Shown one piece after another: positions 37,781-46,490 of a DNA stretch of 64,000 nt. The position numbers and the translations under genes are program-made. The notes under the pieces are model-generated. The model did no database searches. It was given only the letters and a program-made list of their open reading frames with translations, and was not told the DNA's origin. Every line of letters starts with the position of its first letter. The stretch's first letter is position 1. The stretch is from a virus (taxonomy: Duplodnaviria; Caudoviricetes), in the IMG/VR virus record IMGVR_UViG_2974613666_000001, positions 32,001 to 96,000 of that record; one strand, given 5' to 3'.

Positions 37781-38146
37781 TTAAACCTGATCAACGCGAA
37801 CTGGTAGATCCGAGCGATCAGGCTCACGACTGTAAGCCATCCCAGAAAGGTCAAGCCCCAATACCACATAACCCTCTACCAAAGCTGGATAGTCCTCTAG
37901 CACGTAGGTTATTCTAATCTTCGCAAGCTGTTGTCCCGTGTACTTTTTAGTTGAGCGATCAAACTCTCGCAACAGGATGTAATCACCGACTTTGAAATTG
38001 CGATCGTTGTTACGCACTTCAAAGGGCTTCTTCTTTGTGGCAACTAATCCAAAATAGTAAGGATCTACTTTCAGATCGTGTGTAACTGACATTCTTAAAT
38101 CTACATCCTGTAATGCTTTGGTGTAGCTATCTGACATCTGTTTCAC
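37781..38146 (-). CDS. ASCH/DUF3850 domain protein
   Basis: HDLK..PYYF...KKPFEVRNNDRNFKVGD.ILLREF..ITYVL. Confidence 0.85.
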   Translation of the reverse strand: MKQMSDSYTKALQDVDLRMSVTHDLKVDPYYFGLVATKKKPFEVRNNDRNFKVGDYILLREFDRSTKKYTGQQLAKIRITYVLEDYPALVEGYVVLGLDLSGMAYSREPDRSDLPVRVDQV

Positions 38147-38245
38147 CTCTGTAATTAATGACTAAAGCATTACACACTTGTTTACCGCTTGTCAAGTCTC
38201 GGTTTAGGGTTTACTATATAAAAGTAACCACAAGTTAGAGGATAG

Positions 38246-38503
38246 ATGCAACTAGAACGAAAAATACACAAAGATGTAACAGGACTAGGGGAGCGAATAC
38301 GACAAGCCAGAATTGCCGACAAGCGATCGCTCCCCAAGTTAGCCGAGCTTGCTGGTATAAGCCACACATACTGGCGGGAAGTGGAAGCAGAGACAGTTAA
38401 GAACCTACAAGAACACACACTTGCCGGAATTGAGAAGGCGTTAGGTGTAAACTTTGGATTGACACTCCCCACGTCTAAAGCCGGGGGATTCTTGCCCACC
38501 TGA
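38246..38503 (+). CDS. XRE-family HTH regulator whose C-terminus is supplied by an IS end
   Basis: LGERIRQAR..SLPKLAELAGISHTYWREVE..IEKALGV. Confidence 0.85.
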   Translation: MQLERKIHKDVTGLGERIRQARIADKRSLPKLAELAGISHTYWREVEAETVKNLQEHTLAGIEKALGVNFGLTLPTSKAGGFLPT

Positions 38504-38619
38504 AAAAGGCGACAACGGGACATTCAAGTATCCCTCTACTCACTCAAAGAGCTTTTGCTCTCATTCGCGCATACTTTCTGAGTCAACCCATTATGGGGAA
38601 CCTCGCTAGGCTTCTTGAA
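38459..38619 (-). mobile_element. Non-autonomous IS605-type miniature element (ends/omegaRNA-like, no ORF)
   Basis: Minus strand ends GCAAGAATCCCCCGGCTTTAGACGTGGGGAGTGTCAA, nearly identical to 11853-11891. It begins with a left-end-like TTCAAGAAGCC. Confidence 0.75.
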
Positions 38620-38684
38620 TAAACTTGAGATTGATAAAGGAAGCTACAGCGATATTGTTGCTGATGACGAGGATGATACGTTAG

Positions 38685-38885
38685 ATGAAATCAAAGCAGC
38701 CTAAAACCCTACAAGATAAAATCAAAGATTTACCACCTGAAAGACAACAAGTGATCGCACTTCGTCACGATCAGTTGGTAGCCGATGAGTTAGCTAGACA
38801 GGAGGTACACATAAAAGATTTAAACGCTTTTTATGAAATTTACGACGAATACAGGGAAGTATTTGAGAATCTAGCCAAAAATTGA
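38685..38885 (+). CDS. Small antitoxin-like helical protein
   Basis: KTLQDKIKDLPPERQQ.. N-terminus and EYREVFENLAK C-terminus. Confidence 0.45.
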   Translation: MKSKQPKTLQDKIKDLPPERQQVIALRHDQLVADELARQEVHIKDLNAFYEIYDEYREVFENLAKN

Positions 38886-38904
38886 TAAGTAATAGCAAAA
38901 ACAG

Positions 38905-38944
38905 CAAAACCCCTTAGAATTAACGTTCTAAGGGGTTTATTTTG
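38905..38944. terminator. Bidirectional terminator
   Basis: AAACCCCTTAGAA/TTCTAAGGGGTTT. Confidence 0.7.
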
Positions 38945-38958
38945 TCCAGGTGGTGAAG

Positions 38959-39306
38959 TTAATCCATTTCAATATAATTAGTCAACACATAAGCTGCTAC
39001 AGCCGTCCAGTAGTCCTTAAAGTTGGGAGCTAAACCGTTCCAAGGTTTTAACCCTAACCCCCAGCTAGCAGCGTCACCGTAGGCTTGATATAGCTTTGGT
39101 GCGAGATTGTCTACTGCGTTAGGTTCTGCTGTATTAGGTTCTGGTTCCTGGTCTACTTCAGGCTCTAACTCAACTTCGTGGGAGTCTGTATCAACTTCAG
39201 GCGAAGATGTACGCGATACATTGGCTAGGGGCGATCGCACCTCGAATGCTGATGATGGATCTGTTTCAGTGGGGGTGATCGTTCCTGTCTTCTTTTTTGT
39301 GGTCAT
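38959..39306 (-). CDS. Hypothetical protein
   Basis: 115-aa ORF with an acidic disordered N-terminus. Confidence 0.6.
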   Translation of the reverse strand: MTTKKKTGTITPTETDPSSAFEVRSPLANVSRTSSPEVDTDSHEVELEPEVDQEPEPNTAEPNAVDNLAPKLYQAYGDAASWGLGLKPWNGLAPNFKDYWTAVAAYVLTNYIEMD

Positions 39307-39468
39307 TTTGGTTGTGGGTATGGGTTTGTATTGATTGTATCTATTGTATCACGTGGGCAGTGAAGACTGAAAAGTGAGTGTCTTTGTTAAAAAGTGAGTG
39401 TCTTCTGGTATGATAGAGAAAAGAAAACCCCAGTCACAATAACTGAGGTTGGAAAGCTTTAAATTTGA

Positions 39469-40980
39469 TTAGTTAGTTCTGTAGCTCTTGAAAGCCGTTT
39501 TTAGCCCATGCTGAACACGGCTTTCAATGTCTTTGGTGAACCATTCCAGGCAATACTCATCTATTTCTGGATCTCTTCTGAGTATTTTTAAGTCAGCTAG
39601 GAATTTTTTATTGTGTAGCACAACGCACTCGTCAATTAGGTCTTTCAGTTCTGGCAAAAAGAAGTGTTCTCGTTTTGGCTTACTGAAATGGGTGAACTGT
39701 GGATAAACCCAAGCTTCGGTTTTAAAGTTGAAATCTCCTGAGTTAACGTCTAGATCATTGTTGCAAACACAAGCAATGTATAGGTTGGCTTCCCAGTAAG
39801 CTGTGAGCCTTGCATCAATAGATGTAGATGGCTCAAGCATTGCCCTACTTGTACTCTTAAGGCAGTTCAGCCATTTCTTAGACTGCTCATAGTGTTCAAT
39901 AGCTTCTAGCACCTTTTGACAGGTATCCGGGCAATGCCTGATTAGTCTGTCTGTAACTTGAGTAGAGATTATCCTATGCTCAAGCATAACAGCGAATATG
40001 TCGCGCACTTTGAAATCTTGAGGGTAGCCCGCAACTATAGACTTGCATAGTCTGTAGATTATACGCTCGTGTTCCAATTCTTCCTTATCGCGTCTTATAC
40101 TGTCGTTAATGTCTATAAGATCGCGACGTTCACCAAATACCGTGAACCTATCTCTGCTTTGATATAGCTCTGTTTGCTCATAAAGGTAGTCGAAGTCCAT
40201 CTGAAATAAGTCTGACCACTCTTTGTCTTTAACTATGTGTCCTTTTCCGGGCAAGCCTTTCTTAGCTATTATGTCAGCCGGGGCAGACGCTACGACGGCT
40301 TTTATTTTATCTCTGGAAAGCTGTAGCAATGATTCTACCCCTGTGTCCTTACGTGCCTTATAAATGAACCAGAACGCATTCTTAATCATGTACATTGCCT
40401 TGAACACGTTTCGCTGTATTTGAGGAGCTAGCACAGACAAATCATTGAAGTATTCAGCAGACCCCATGATCTTGGTGAGGTCTTGTAAGAGGGGGGATGC
40501 TTGGTTAGTAACATAAAACTCTAAGCTGTCTATTTTATGCTCCTGACGACGTTTAATCTCTTTCAACACGTCTATTTGGCGCTGCAAAGCCTCTATATCA
40601 GCATCACTACCTTGGTGCATCTTAAACTTGGTCAAATCCTGAATAAATGCAGTAATGCCAATACGTCCTAGAGAAATTAAGGCTTTAATTGCTTCTGGTC
40701 TTTTTTCTGAGGCGTAGTAGGAGATTACGGCATGGCAGACTATAGAGTTGTAGACTTTCTGGTATTGGTGATCACAGATGACTAAATCAGATTCTTTTTT
40801 TCCGAATAGATTAAACAATTCAGAAAAATTAGATTTATTCTGCATCGCGTTATTTATCAGAGAGGATACAGCCTGTTGTGATACCCCTGACATCCTAGCG
40901 ATCGCTGTTTGGTTCATCCCACTTACACCAGTATCCAGCGATATAAACACTTGATCGTTTGACTCAAATATAAAACTCAT
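39469..40980 (-). CDS. Antirepressor-like DNA-binding protein
   Basis: N-terminal TGVSGMNQTAIARMSGVSQQAVSSL..VISYYA..IGITAFIQ resembles cyanobacterial phage antirepressor N-domains. Confidence 0.6.
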   Translation of the reverse strand: MSFIFESNDQVFISLDTGVSGMNQTAIARMSGVSQQAVSSLINNAMQNKSNFSELFNLFGKKESDLVICDHQYQKVYNSIVCHAVISYYASEKRPEAIKALISLGRIGITAFIQDLTKFKMHQGSDADIEALQRQIDVLKEIKRRQEHKIDSLEFYVTNQASPLLQDLTKIMGSAEYFNDLSVLAPQIQRNVFKAMYMIKNAFWFIYKARKDTGVESLLQLSRDKIKAVVASAPADIIAKKGLPGKGHIVKDKEWSDLFQMDFDYLYEQTELYQSRDRFTVFGERRDLIDINDSIRRDKEELEHERIIYRLCKSIVAGYPQDFKVRDIFAVMLEHRIISTQVTDRLIRHCPDTCQKVLEAIEHYEQSKKWLNCLKSTSRAMLEPSTSIDARLTAYWEANLYIACVCNNDLDVNSGDFNFKTEAWVYPQFTHFSKPKREHFFLPELKDLIDECVVLHNKKFLADLKILRRDPEIDEYCLEWFTKDIESRVQHGLKTAFKSYRTN

Positions 40981-41186
40981 GCGTTGTTTCCTTTAGATAC
41001 GTGTTGTGCCAAAACTTCCTGAACTTTTACCAACTTTGCCAGTGATATAGTCTGGTATTGTGTTCGCTCCCACCTAGCTATCTGTTGCCTATGCAAGCCC
41101 AACTGATCAGCTAAAACTTGCTGTGACCAGCCTAGCTGATGTCGCAAATCTATCAGATGTTTAGGCAAGTTCTGTAAATCTATCAT
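40977..41186 (-). CDS. XRE-family HTH regulator
   Basis: LRHQLGWSQQVLADQLGLHRQQIARWE. Confidence 0.9.
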   Translation of the reverse strand: MIDLQNLPKHLIDLRHQLGWSQQVLADQLGLHRQQIARWERTQYQTISLAKLVKVQEVLAQHVSKGNNA

Positions 41187-41829
41187 TAGTATATCACCTG
41201 TAAACGAAAATGTTTCAACTATCCCACTTTATTATTGCTGACAAGTTGAGTATTGTCCAGATGTTGATTATAGGACTACTAGCTTAGAAACTACTAGCAC
41301 TTAGCATAAAATAAAGTATTTGACACCGATGTATATAATACTGCTTGTAGCTCAAATATATTGCTGTATAAGGGGTTCAGATTATTTTATGTGTGTTTGC
41401 TTGTACCTTGGATTTTTCTATGATTACCATAGAGATGTTACAAATTGTATTTTAGAGGCTGGAACGCTTATACAGTACATACTACAATGTTTACACTCCA
41501 TTTTTGCCGCCGAGGGTGTGTCAGATTCTGAAGTAATTAAATTCAGATTATTCCGATTTTGACACACCCTATTTATTTACATCTTTATAGCGATCACCAT
41601 AATCTAATTTAGTCAAAAGTTATACTATTTTAAATTATCTAATTAAGTTAAAGTATTGATATATAAGGATTATTGTCTAAGTATTACTATGAAGTTATAA
41701 CTCAAGCGGAAAAAATACTGATACTTAGTTAGATCGATTTAGGTCGTTTTAGTAGAAAGTATAGTTATGACAAATGGCTGAACATTATTGAACTAAAAAA
41801 ATAATGCTCTCGATGCTATTTAGTTTTGT

Positions 41830-42197
41830 AAAACTCCAGGACACTGCCAGATGCTTTATCAGTGCCGCTAAGAGGCATCTGGGGAGTTTGTTTTGCTATC
41901 ATCTTGCGAGTCAAGCGTTTTTCTAAAGACCGATGCTTTCACCATTGCTGGCAGCTTTCCGATTTTAATTAACTTTAGGGTTTATTAGGTAGATGGTGAC
42001 AGATGACCTTTTTTCTCGGTTCTTTTCATCCCTTTACACTGGTTTGGGTCTATTCGCACCAGCCCCGTCGGCCTTAACGACGTACCACTTTGCTTTTTGA
42101 GAGCTTCAACCCATTACTGGAGGCACTAGCGAACTAGTTGTGGATTTGCCTGGGTGTAGCTCGTCTCTTTCACCGATGAAGGCTACTTACGCACCCA
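41830..42197 (-). ncRNA. ~370-nt structured ncRNA candidate, paralogue of RNA-A (RNA-B)
   Basis: ORF-free. Contains ACUAG-UUCG-CUAGU and CCA-GUAA-UGG tetraloop hairpins and a 5' GGGUG..CACCC stem. Has the same 3' pseudoknot and conserved blocks as 8895-9090. Confidence 0.7.
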
Positions 42198-42202
42198 AAT
42201 AT

Positions 42203-42231
42203 ATAATAAGGTATTTCTCACCGTTTAGCAA
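42203..42231 (-). promoter_or_regulatory. Sigma70-type promoter of RNA-B
   Basis: TTGCTA-N17-TATTAT on the minus strand. Confidence 0.65.
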
Positions 42232-42318
42232 GTATTTCCGTAAAATAATCTGCTGCTGAGTTGGTAGTGTTTGTTTCTATCCATTTCTATCCCTAGGTTA
42301 GATAAAGATTCACCACCA

Positions 42319-42359
42319 AAAACAAACCCACTACGGTTAAGGTAGTGGGTTTGTTTGTT
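42319..42359. terminator. Intrinsic terminator
   Basis: AAACAAACCCACTAC/GTAGTGGGTTTGTTT. Confidence 0.7.
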
Positions 42360-42377
42360 TCATCATATTCAGATTAG

Positions 42378-42632
42378 CTAACTCACCGGATACCATCCAT
42401 CACCTTTCCAATAGCCAATGTCACCCTTTCTTGTAACTTCCCAATCTTCATCACTCCAATCCTTGGAATGTTCGTCGCACTTTTCGCAAAAGTAAAGGCT
42501 GTAAATCTCATTATCCTAGCTCACAGCGTTAAAACATCGCATCTTTGAGCCTGCTGGGAACGATCGCTGGCAACCATAGCATTGGTGTGTTTTGCATGTC
42601 TTAGCCTGTTTGTCTTCTAGAACTCTGGTCAT
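42378..42632 (-). pseudogene. Zn-ribbon protein interrupted by an in-frame TAG
   Basis: MTRVLEDK..HQCYGC..NAVS*DNEIYSLYFCEKC..; the stop is at 42516-42518. Confidence 0.65.
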
Positions 42633-42655
42633 TGTTTTACCTGCTGTCCTCTAAT

Positions 42656-42973
42656 TCAGTTGCCACTTGTTTTAACATCTTTGATTGCGATTATATTTAC
42701 TAATCTCATCGATCTAATATCTGTTTTCCATTCATTCCTACATTGCCTGAACGCAGGTAAAGAATAATCAGTGAATTCAAACTCCAGTAAATGAGCATAA
42801 CGCCCCTGTACCCACTGCGAGTTATTAAATTTACCATTCATAGGGTTGGTTTTAATCCAGGCAATATTAGGACTAAAGCACTTTTCCCGGTTACGGTGAA
42901 ATTGTAAGCTTTGGTGGTAGAGTGTTAAATCTCTTTCTACTTGGCACATCGCACGGTATAGAGTAAGGCTCAT
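42656..42973 (-). CDS. Hypothetical protein
   Basis: 105-aa ORF starting MSLTLYRAMC. Confidence 0.55.
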   Translation of the reverse strand: MSLTLYRAMCQVERDLTLYHQSLQFHRNREKCFSPNIAWIKTNPMNGKFNNSQWVQGRYAHLLEFEFTDYSLPAFRQCRNEWKTDIRSMRLVNIIAIKDVKTSGN

Positions 42974-42982
42974 AGCAAACCT

Positions 42983-43147
42983 CTATTCGTTTACTCCTGG
43001 GATATGGAAGTGCTTCCGCATAGATTTGATATAATCTCGCAGCACTTCCGCCATAGGCTGCTGTTTTGATTCAGCATAATCCTGTAACAAATTATATTCA
43101 TTTTCACTCAGTCTCACTTCTATTTTCCGTGTTCTTTTAGTTCGCAT
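42983..43147 (-). CDS. CopG/RHH-family regulator (54 aa)
   Basis: RKIEVRLSENEYNLLQDYAESKQQPMAEVLRDYIKSM, translated by hand. Confidence 0.75.
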   Translation of the reverse strand: MRTKRTRKIEVRLSENEYNLLQDYAESKQQPMAEVLRDYIKSMRKHFHIPGVNE

Positions 43148-43315
43148 AGTGTTAAATGTAATGCTTTATGCTATGCTTAGTCTATCACAGATACGAGGTT
43201 AATGACGATAGTATATCACCTATTTCAAGACATGATTAGAAATTATTGAGTAATAAAGTAGTACATCTGACTCTATATTTACATCAAATCTACACAAATT
43301 CACATAGTATCAATT

Positions 43316-43582
43316 ATGATAGGTATTGTCTACATGAAATTAAACAGGTTAAACATTGCACTAAGTGACTCTGATTTAAGATGGTTAACGATTTGGGCTT
43401 GGGTTAGTGGTCGAACTCCTGGTGCTTATGCTTCTCACATAGTCTCTAATCGAGTTTCTACAAACCTGAAAGAGATTAAGGGGCGACTACAGGATGAGGC
43501 AGATTTAAAGGGTATAAGCCTAAAAGAACTGATAAAAGAAATTGTAGGAGAGATAGATGATCCAGAAAGTAAGGAAGATTAA
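43316..43582 (+). CDS. RHH-like hypothetical regulator
   Basis: RLNIALSDSDLRWL..WAWVSGRTPGAYASHIV. Confidence 0.55.
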   Translation: MIGIVYMKLNRLNIALSDSDLRWLTIWAWVSGRTPGAYASHIVSNRVSTNLKEIKGRLQDEADLKGISLKELIKEIVGEIDDPESKED

Positions 43583-43588
43583 ATTGCC

Positions 43589-43831
43589 ATGACATTAGAA
43601 ACCAACACTAAATTCACAGGCATGATTATGTTCAGCCTGCTAAACCTGCTGATAGGCAGCGCAGCACTCAGTACCTTATCAAAAGTCTCACAAACAGCAG
43701 ATGAGACAGTTAGAATGCGTGTTGAGTTAGCTAATTTAAGCAAGTCACTGGATAATTATGTTGCTACCCATACAGAGCAATGGCGGCTTATTGATGCCAG
43801 ATTGCGCGATGTGGAATCCAAGATTAGGTAA
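43589..43831 (+). CDS. Small protein with a TM helix and coiled coil (holin/XhlA-like architecture)
   Basis: N-terminal hydrophobic helix and C-terminal IDARLRDVESK. Confidence 0.5.
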   Translation: MTLETNTKFTGMIMFSLLNLLIGSAALSTLSKVSQTADETVRMRVELANLSKSLDNYVATHTEQWRLIDARLRDVESKIR

Positions 43832-43851
43832 TAGACATCATCTCATTAAAC

Positions 43852-43886
43852 AAAAAACCCACTTAAAGCACTAAGTGGGTTTTTTT
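43852..43886. terminator. Bidirectional terminator
   Basis: AAAAAACCCACTTA/TAAGTGGGTTTTTT. Confidence 0.75.
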
Positions 43887-43907
43887 GATCAAATCTAAAA
43901 GGTGATA

Positions 43908-45995
43908 TTAGAAATCGACTTTCTTCAGTTGATCTTTAAACTCAATCAAGGCAACAGAGCCGTCAAAATAAATCACGTTATCAGCAGGGGCGATCGCTTG
44001 CCAATCTTTTCTGCTACCGTTTAGGTCTGCTGACAGGGTAAGTAAAGAAGCGTCTCCAGGTACATCACCGTATTTGGGTAGCGTTTGCCCTAGCACTTTG
44101 CGAGAGTCACGCCCTTGTACCTTGTAAGCTGCCATACCGCCAACGAAAACTGAGTCTTCATTCACTAACAGGGTTTTGGCTCTCAAAGCGTTCCCGTCCA
44201 TCGAGTCGGTGCGAGTCAGTGTAAATTGACCACTAATAACTTTCAAAGTATTAGCGGCTAAAACACCTGTGTAAGATATATGATTTGCTTTGGTTTTTGT
44301 TCCCAATGAGAACCAGTCCACACCCTCAGCAATAGTCTGTGTTTTCAGATCGAAGCCATTCCATCTGAAAACGCTATTACCACCTGCTGACTCGCCTAAA
44401 ACGTATAACTTGTCTCCCACAAGTTGAATACGGTAAAGCCTAGCGTCAGCCATATCGTTACCGAGAGATTCGGGATCAAAGTTCCAACCGCTTCGGACAA
44501 TTTGGAAACTTTTGCTAGCATCAAATACTTTTAAGAAAGCAACTTGAACTGGCACACCTTGACGGGTGCGGTTACTGAAACCAGCAACATAGATTTCATT
44601 ATTGCTTATTTGGACATCTTGCAGATATGTGCCAGACTCACCCCATCTAAAAACTTCTTTATAGTTGGAGTCGTAAACTGCAAATTGATTTCCGTTTTCG
44701 CCAACATTTTCAACAATTACTGTGTACAGCGTACTTGCAGCTAACCTTACACCGTTCAATTCCTTACCTAAACTTTTAATTACCTCTGTTTTCGCTGTGC
44801 TTGGGTTATAGCTAATAAGTAAGCTTCTAGTAACTGCCAAAATCACATTACCGCGTAAAGCTACAGCTAAAGTAGGTTCAGGCGAGATAACCTTTGCCTT
44901 ATCTCCATCAATTTCTACAAACCCAGACCCTTTAGACGCAACATACAGTTTACCGTTGTATTTAATGGCATCTTGAGGTTGCAGTATAGGTAACTCTTGG
45001 ATGTTGGTTACTTCTTTTCTGGGTGCAGTCTGGATGGGAGTAGAAAGGAAGTAGGGGGTGAAGTAAGGTTCTTGCCCACCATGTCTAACGTAAGTAATCA
45101 ATTCATTACCTACTTTCGCAACAGAGCGAGTGTATCCAACGTCTAAGCGTTCTTGAGGATAGAATCTATCTTCTTTTGCCTTGTACAGTAGCGTACCTTG
45201 GTTGGCGATAAAGATCACTTCACCTGGAGCGATAACTTCAACCATACCATTGTACCAAGCGGGGCTGATTTCCCGCCAACTCTTTTCATTGAGTTTGCGC
45301 TGAAACTGACCCTGTTGAGTGTGAGCGTATAGTGTGTTAGTGGTAGTATCCAGAGCAAGTTGGCAATTAGAGGAATTGGGTTTATTTCCGGTAGCATTGG
45401 TTAGGTTTAGACCCTCAATTTTACTTGTTACTTCACCAGTAGCTAGGTTGCATTCAACCATACCGTCAAAATCCCTAAAACCAATATAGAGAACATCTCC
45501 CAGAAGAATAAACGAGGTCATTACCCGACCTTTAATTAAGGGATTCGACTCTAAATTGATGCTTCTGGTAGAGCCACTGGCACTTAGTAAGCTCCCTTTT
45601 AACTCTCTCTCCCCTAGAGTTAACGCAGAAACGTCATTGCAGATTATTTTATTTGCTTTAATCCCAGGGAAGCTAACCCAAGACTGAATATCTTGATTAC
45701 GAATGTCGGGAACATAATAAACATCTGTATGTAATTTCATCCACCCCTTGTAGGGGTCGGTAGAGGATGGGCGGTACTCGTAGTTGTTGTAGAAGTTTAC
45801 AAGTTTGTTCTTATCCAAGGAGCCGAAAGGTTTGATCGAGAGTCTTTCTTGCGCCCCACCTCCCCCATAAATAACAATTTCATCACGCAAACAAAATACT
45901 ACCTTACCCGCAGACGGGCTTAAAGCAAATGATTTGTAGTACTCATTTGGGTCATTGTGGTTTGTGTCGAAGCCTAAATCTAGTCTTGTAGTCAT
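43908..45995 (-). CDS. Putative beta-propeller protein
   Basis: 695 aa with repeated blade-like motifs (GDVLYIG, NGKLYVA, NEIYVAG, DKLYVLG). Confidence 0.6.
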   Translation of the reverse strand: MTTRLDLGFDTNHNDPNEYYKSFALSPSAGKVVFCLRDEIVIYGGGGAQERLSIKPFGSLDKNKLVNFYNNYEYRPSSTDPYKGWMKLHTDVYYVPDIRNQDIQSWVSFPGIKANKIICNDVSALTLGERELKGSLLSASGSTRSINLESNPLIKGRVMTSFILLGDVLYIGFRDFDGMVECNLATGEVTSKIEGLNLTNATGNKPNSSNCQLALDTTTNTLYAHTQQGQFQRKLNEKSWREISPAWYNGMVEVIAPGEVIFIANQGTLLYKAKEDRFYPQERLDVGYTRSVAKVGNELITYVRHGGQEPYFTPYFLSTPIQTAPRKEVTNIQELPILQPQDAIKYNGKLYVASKGSGFVEIDGDKAKVISPEPTLAVALRGNVILAVTRSLLISYNPSTAKTEVIKSLGKELNGVRLAASTLYTVIVENVGENGNQFAVYDSNYKEVFRWGESGTYLQDVQISNNEIYVAGFSNRTRQGVPVQVAFLKVFDASKSFQIVRSGWNFDPESLGNDMADARLYRIQLVGDKLYVLGESAGGNSVFRWNGFDLKTQTIAEGVDWFSLGTKTKANHISYTGVLAANTLKVISGQFTLTRTDSMDGNALRAKTLLVNEDSVFVGGMAAYKVQGRDSRKVLGQTLPKYGDVPGDASLLTLSADLNGSRKDWQAIAPADNVIYFDGSVALIEFKDQLKKVDF

Positions 45996-46109
45996 ACAAC
46001 AAAATAAATTACTTACTACAAAACTAGCAAAATAGATTATTTTGTTGTATGACCAACTTAATAGAACAAGTGATATATGTTACTTTAGTATTAATTAGGC
46101 ATTAAATAA

Positions 46110-46292
46110 ATGAAACACGATCTAGTAATACCAATGTGGTTTGGTAGCCTTGGTGTTGTCCTGATAATACTCCTGATATTTAAACCACCTACCAATGAGA
46201 AAATAGTAGAAATTATTGGTGCAACGGCTACGGGTCTAGTTACAGGGGCGATCGCTGTAGCAGTACCCACTATAAAGAATGGGAGACTTTGA
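46110..46292 (+). CDS. Small two-TM membrane protein
   Basis: 60 aa with two hydrophobic helices. Confidence 0.5.
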   Translation: MKHDLVIPMWFGSLGVVLIILLIFKPPTNEKIVEIIGATATGLVTGAIAVAVPTIKNGRL

Positions 46293-46353
46293 CTCAAGGA
46301 AAAGCACTTAAGTAATCACTTAAGTGCTAGTTCAGTGTCCAAGGTAGCATCAG

Positions 46354-46425
46354 TGTCGGGTATGGGAGTTGAACCCACTTTTTTCAGGATATGAGCCTGA
46401 CGTGAAACCGTCTCACTCACCCGGC
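46354..46425 (-). tRNA. tRNA with CAT anticodon (elongator Met or Ile2); CCA not encoded
   Basis: Cloverleaf: GCCGGGT/ACCCGAC acceptor, GTGA/TCAC D-arm, TCAGG-CTCATAT-CCTGA anticodon arm, GTGGG-TTCAACT-CCCAT T-arm. Confidence 0.9.
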
Positions 46426-46490
46426 TATTTCAATATATCACTTAAATTCTATTTCAACAACTAAACCATGATAGGTGCTTTGGTAGTCAC

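Noticed and set aside
38182-38523. 113-aa minus-strand ORF
   Set aside because: It is antisense to a clear XRE gene and starts within IS-end sequence.
41830-42197. tmRNA, RNase P RNA or a group I/II intron as the identity of the ncRNAs
   Set aside because: I found no tRNA-like acceptor/T-arm, no GAGGAAAGUCC, no group I P7 motifs and no group II domain V. The RNAs are intergenic with their own promoters.
42378-42632. Amber (TAG) stop-codon reassignment
   Set aside because: Only isolated in-frame TAGs occur. Long genes are intact under code 11, many end in TAG at sensible positions, and no suppressor tRNA was seen.
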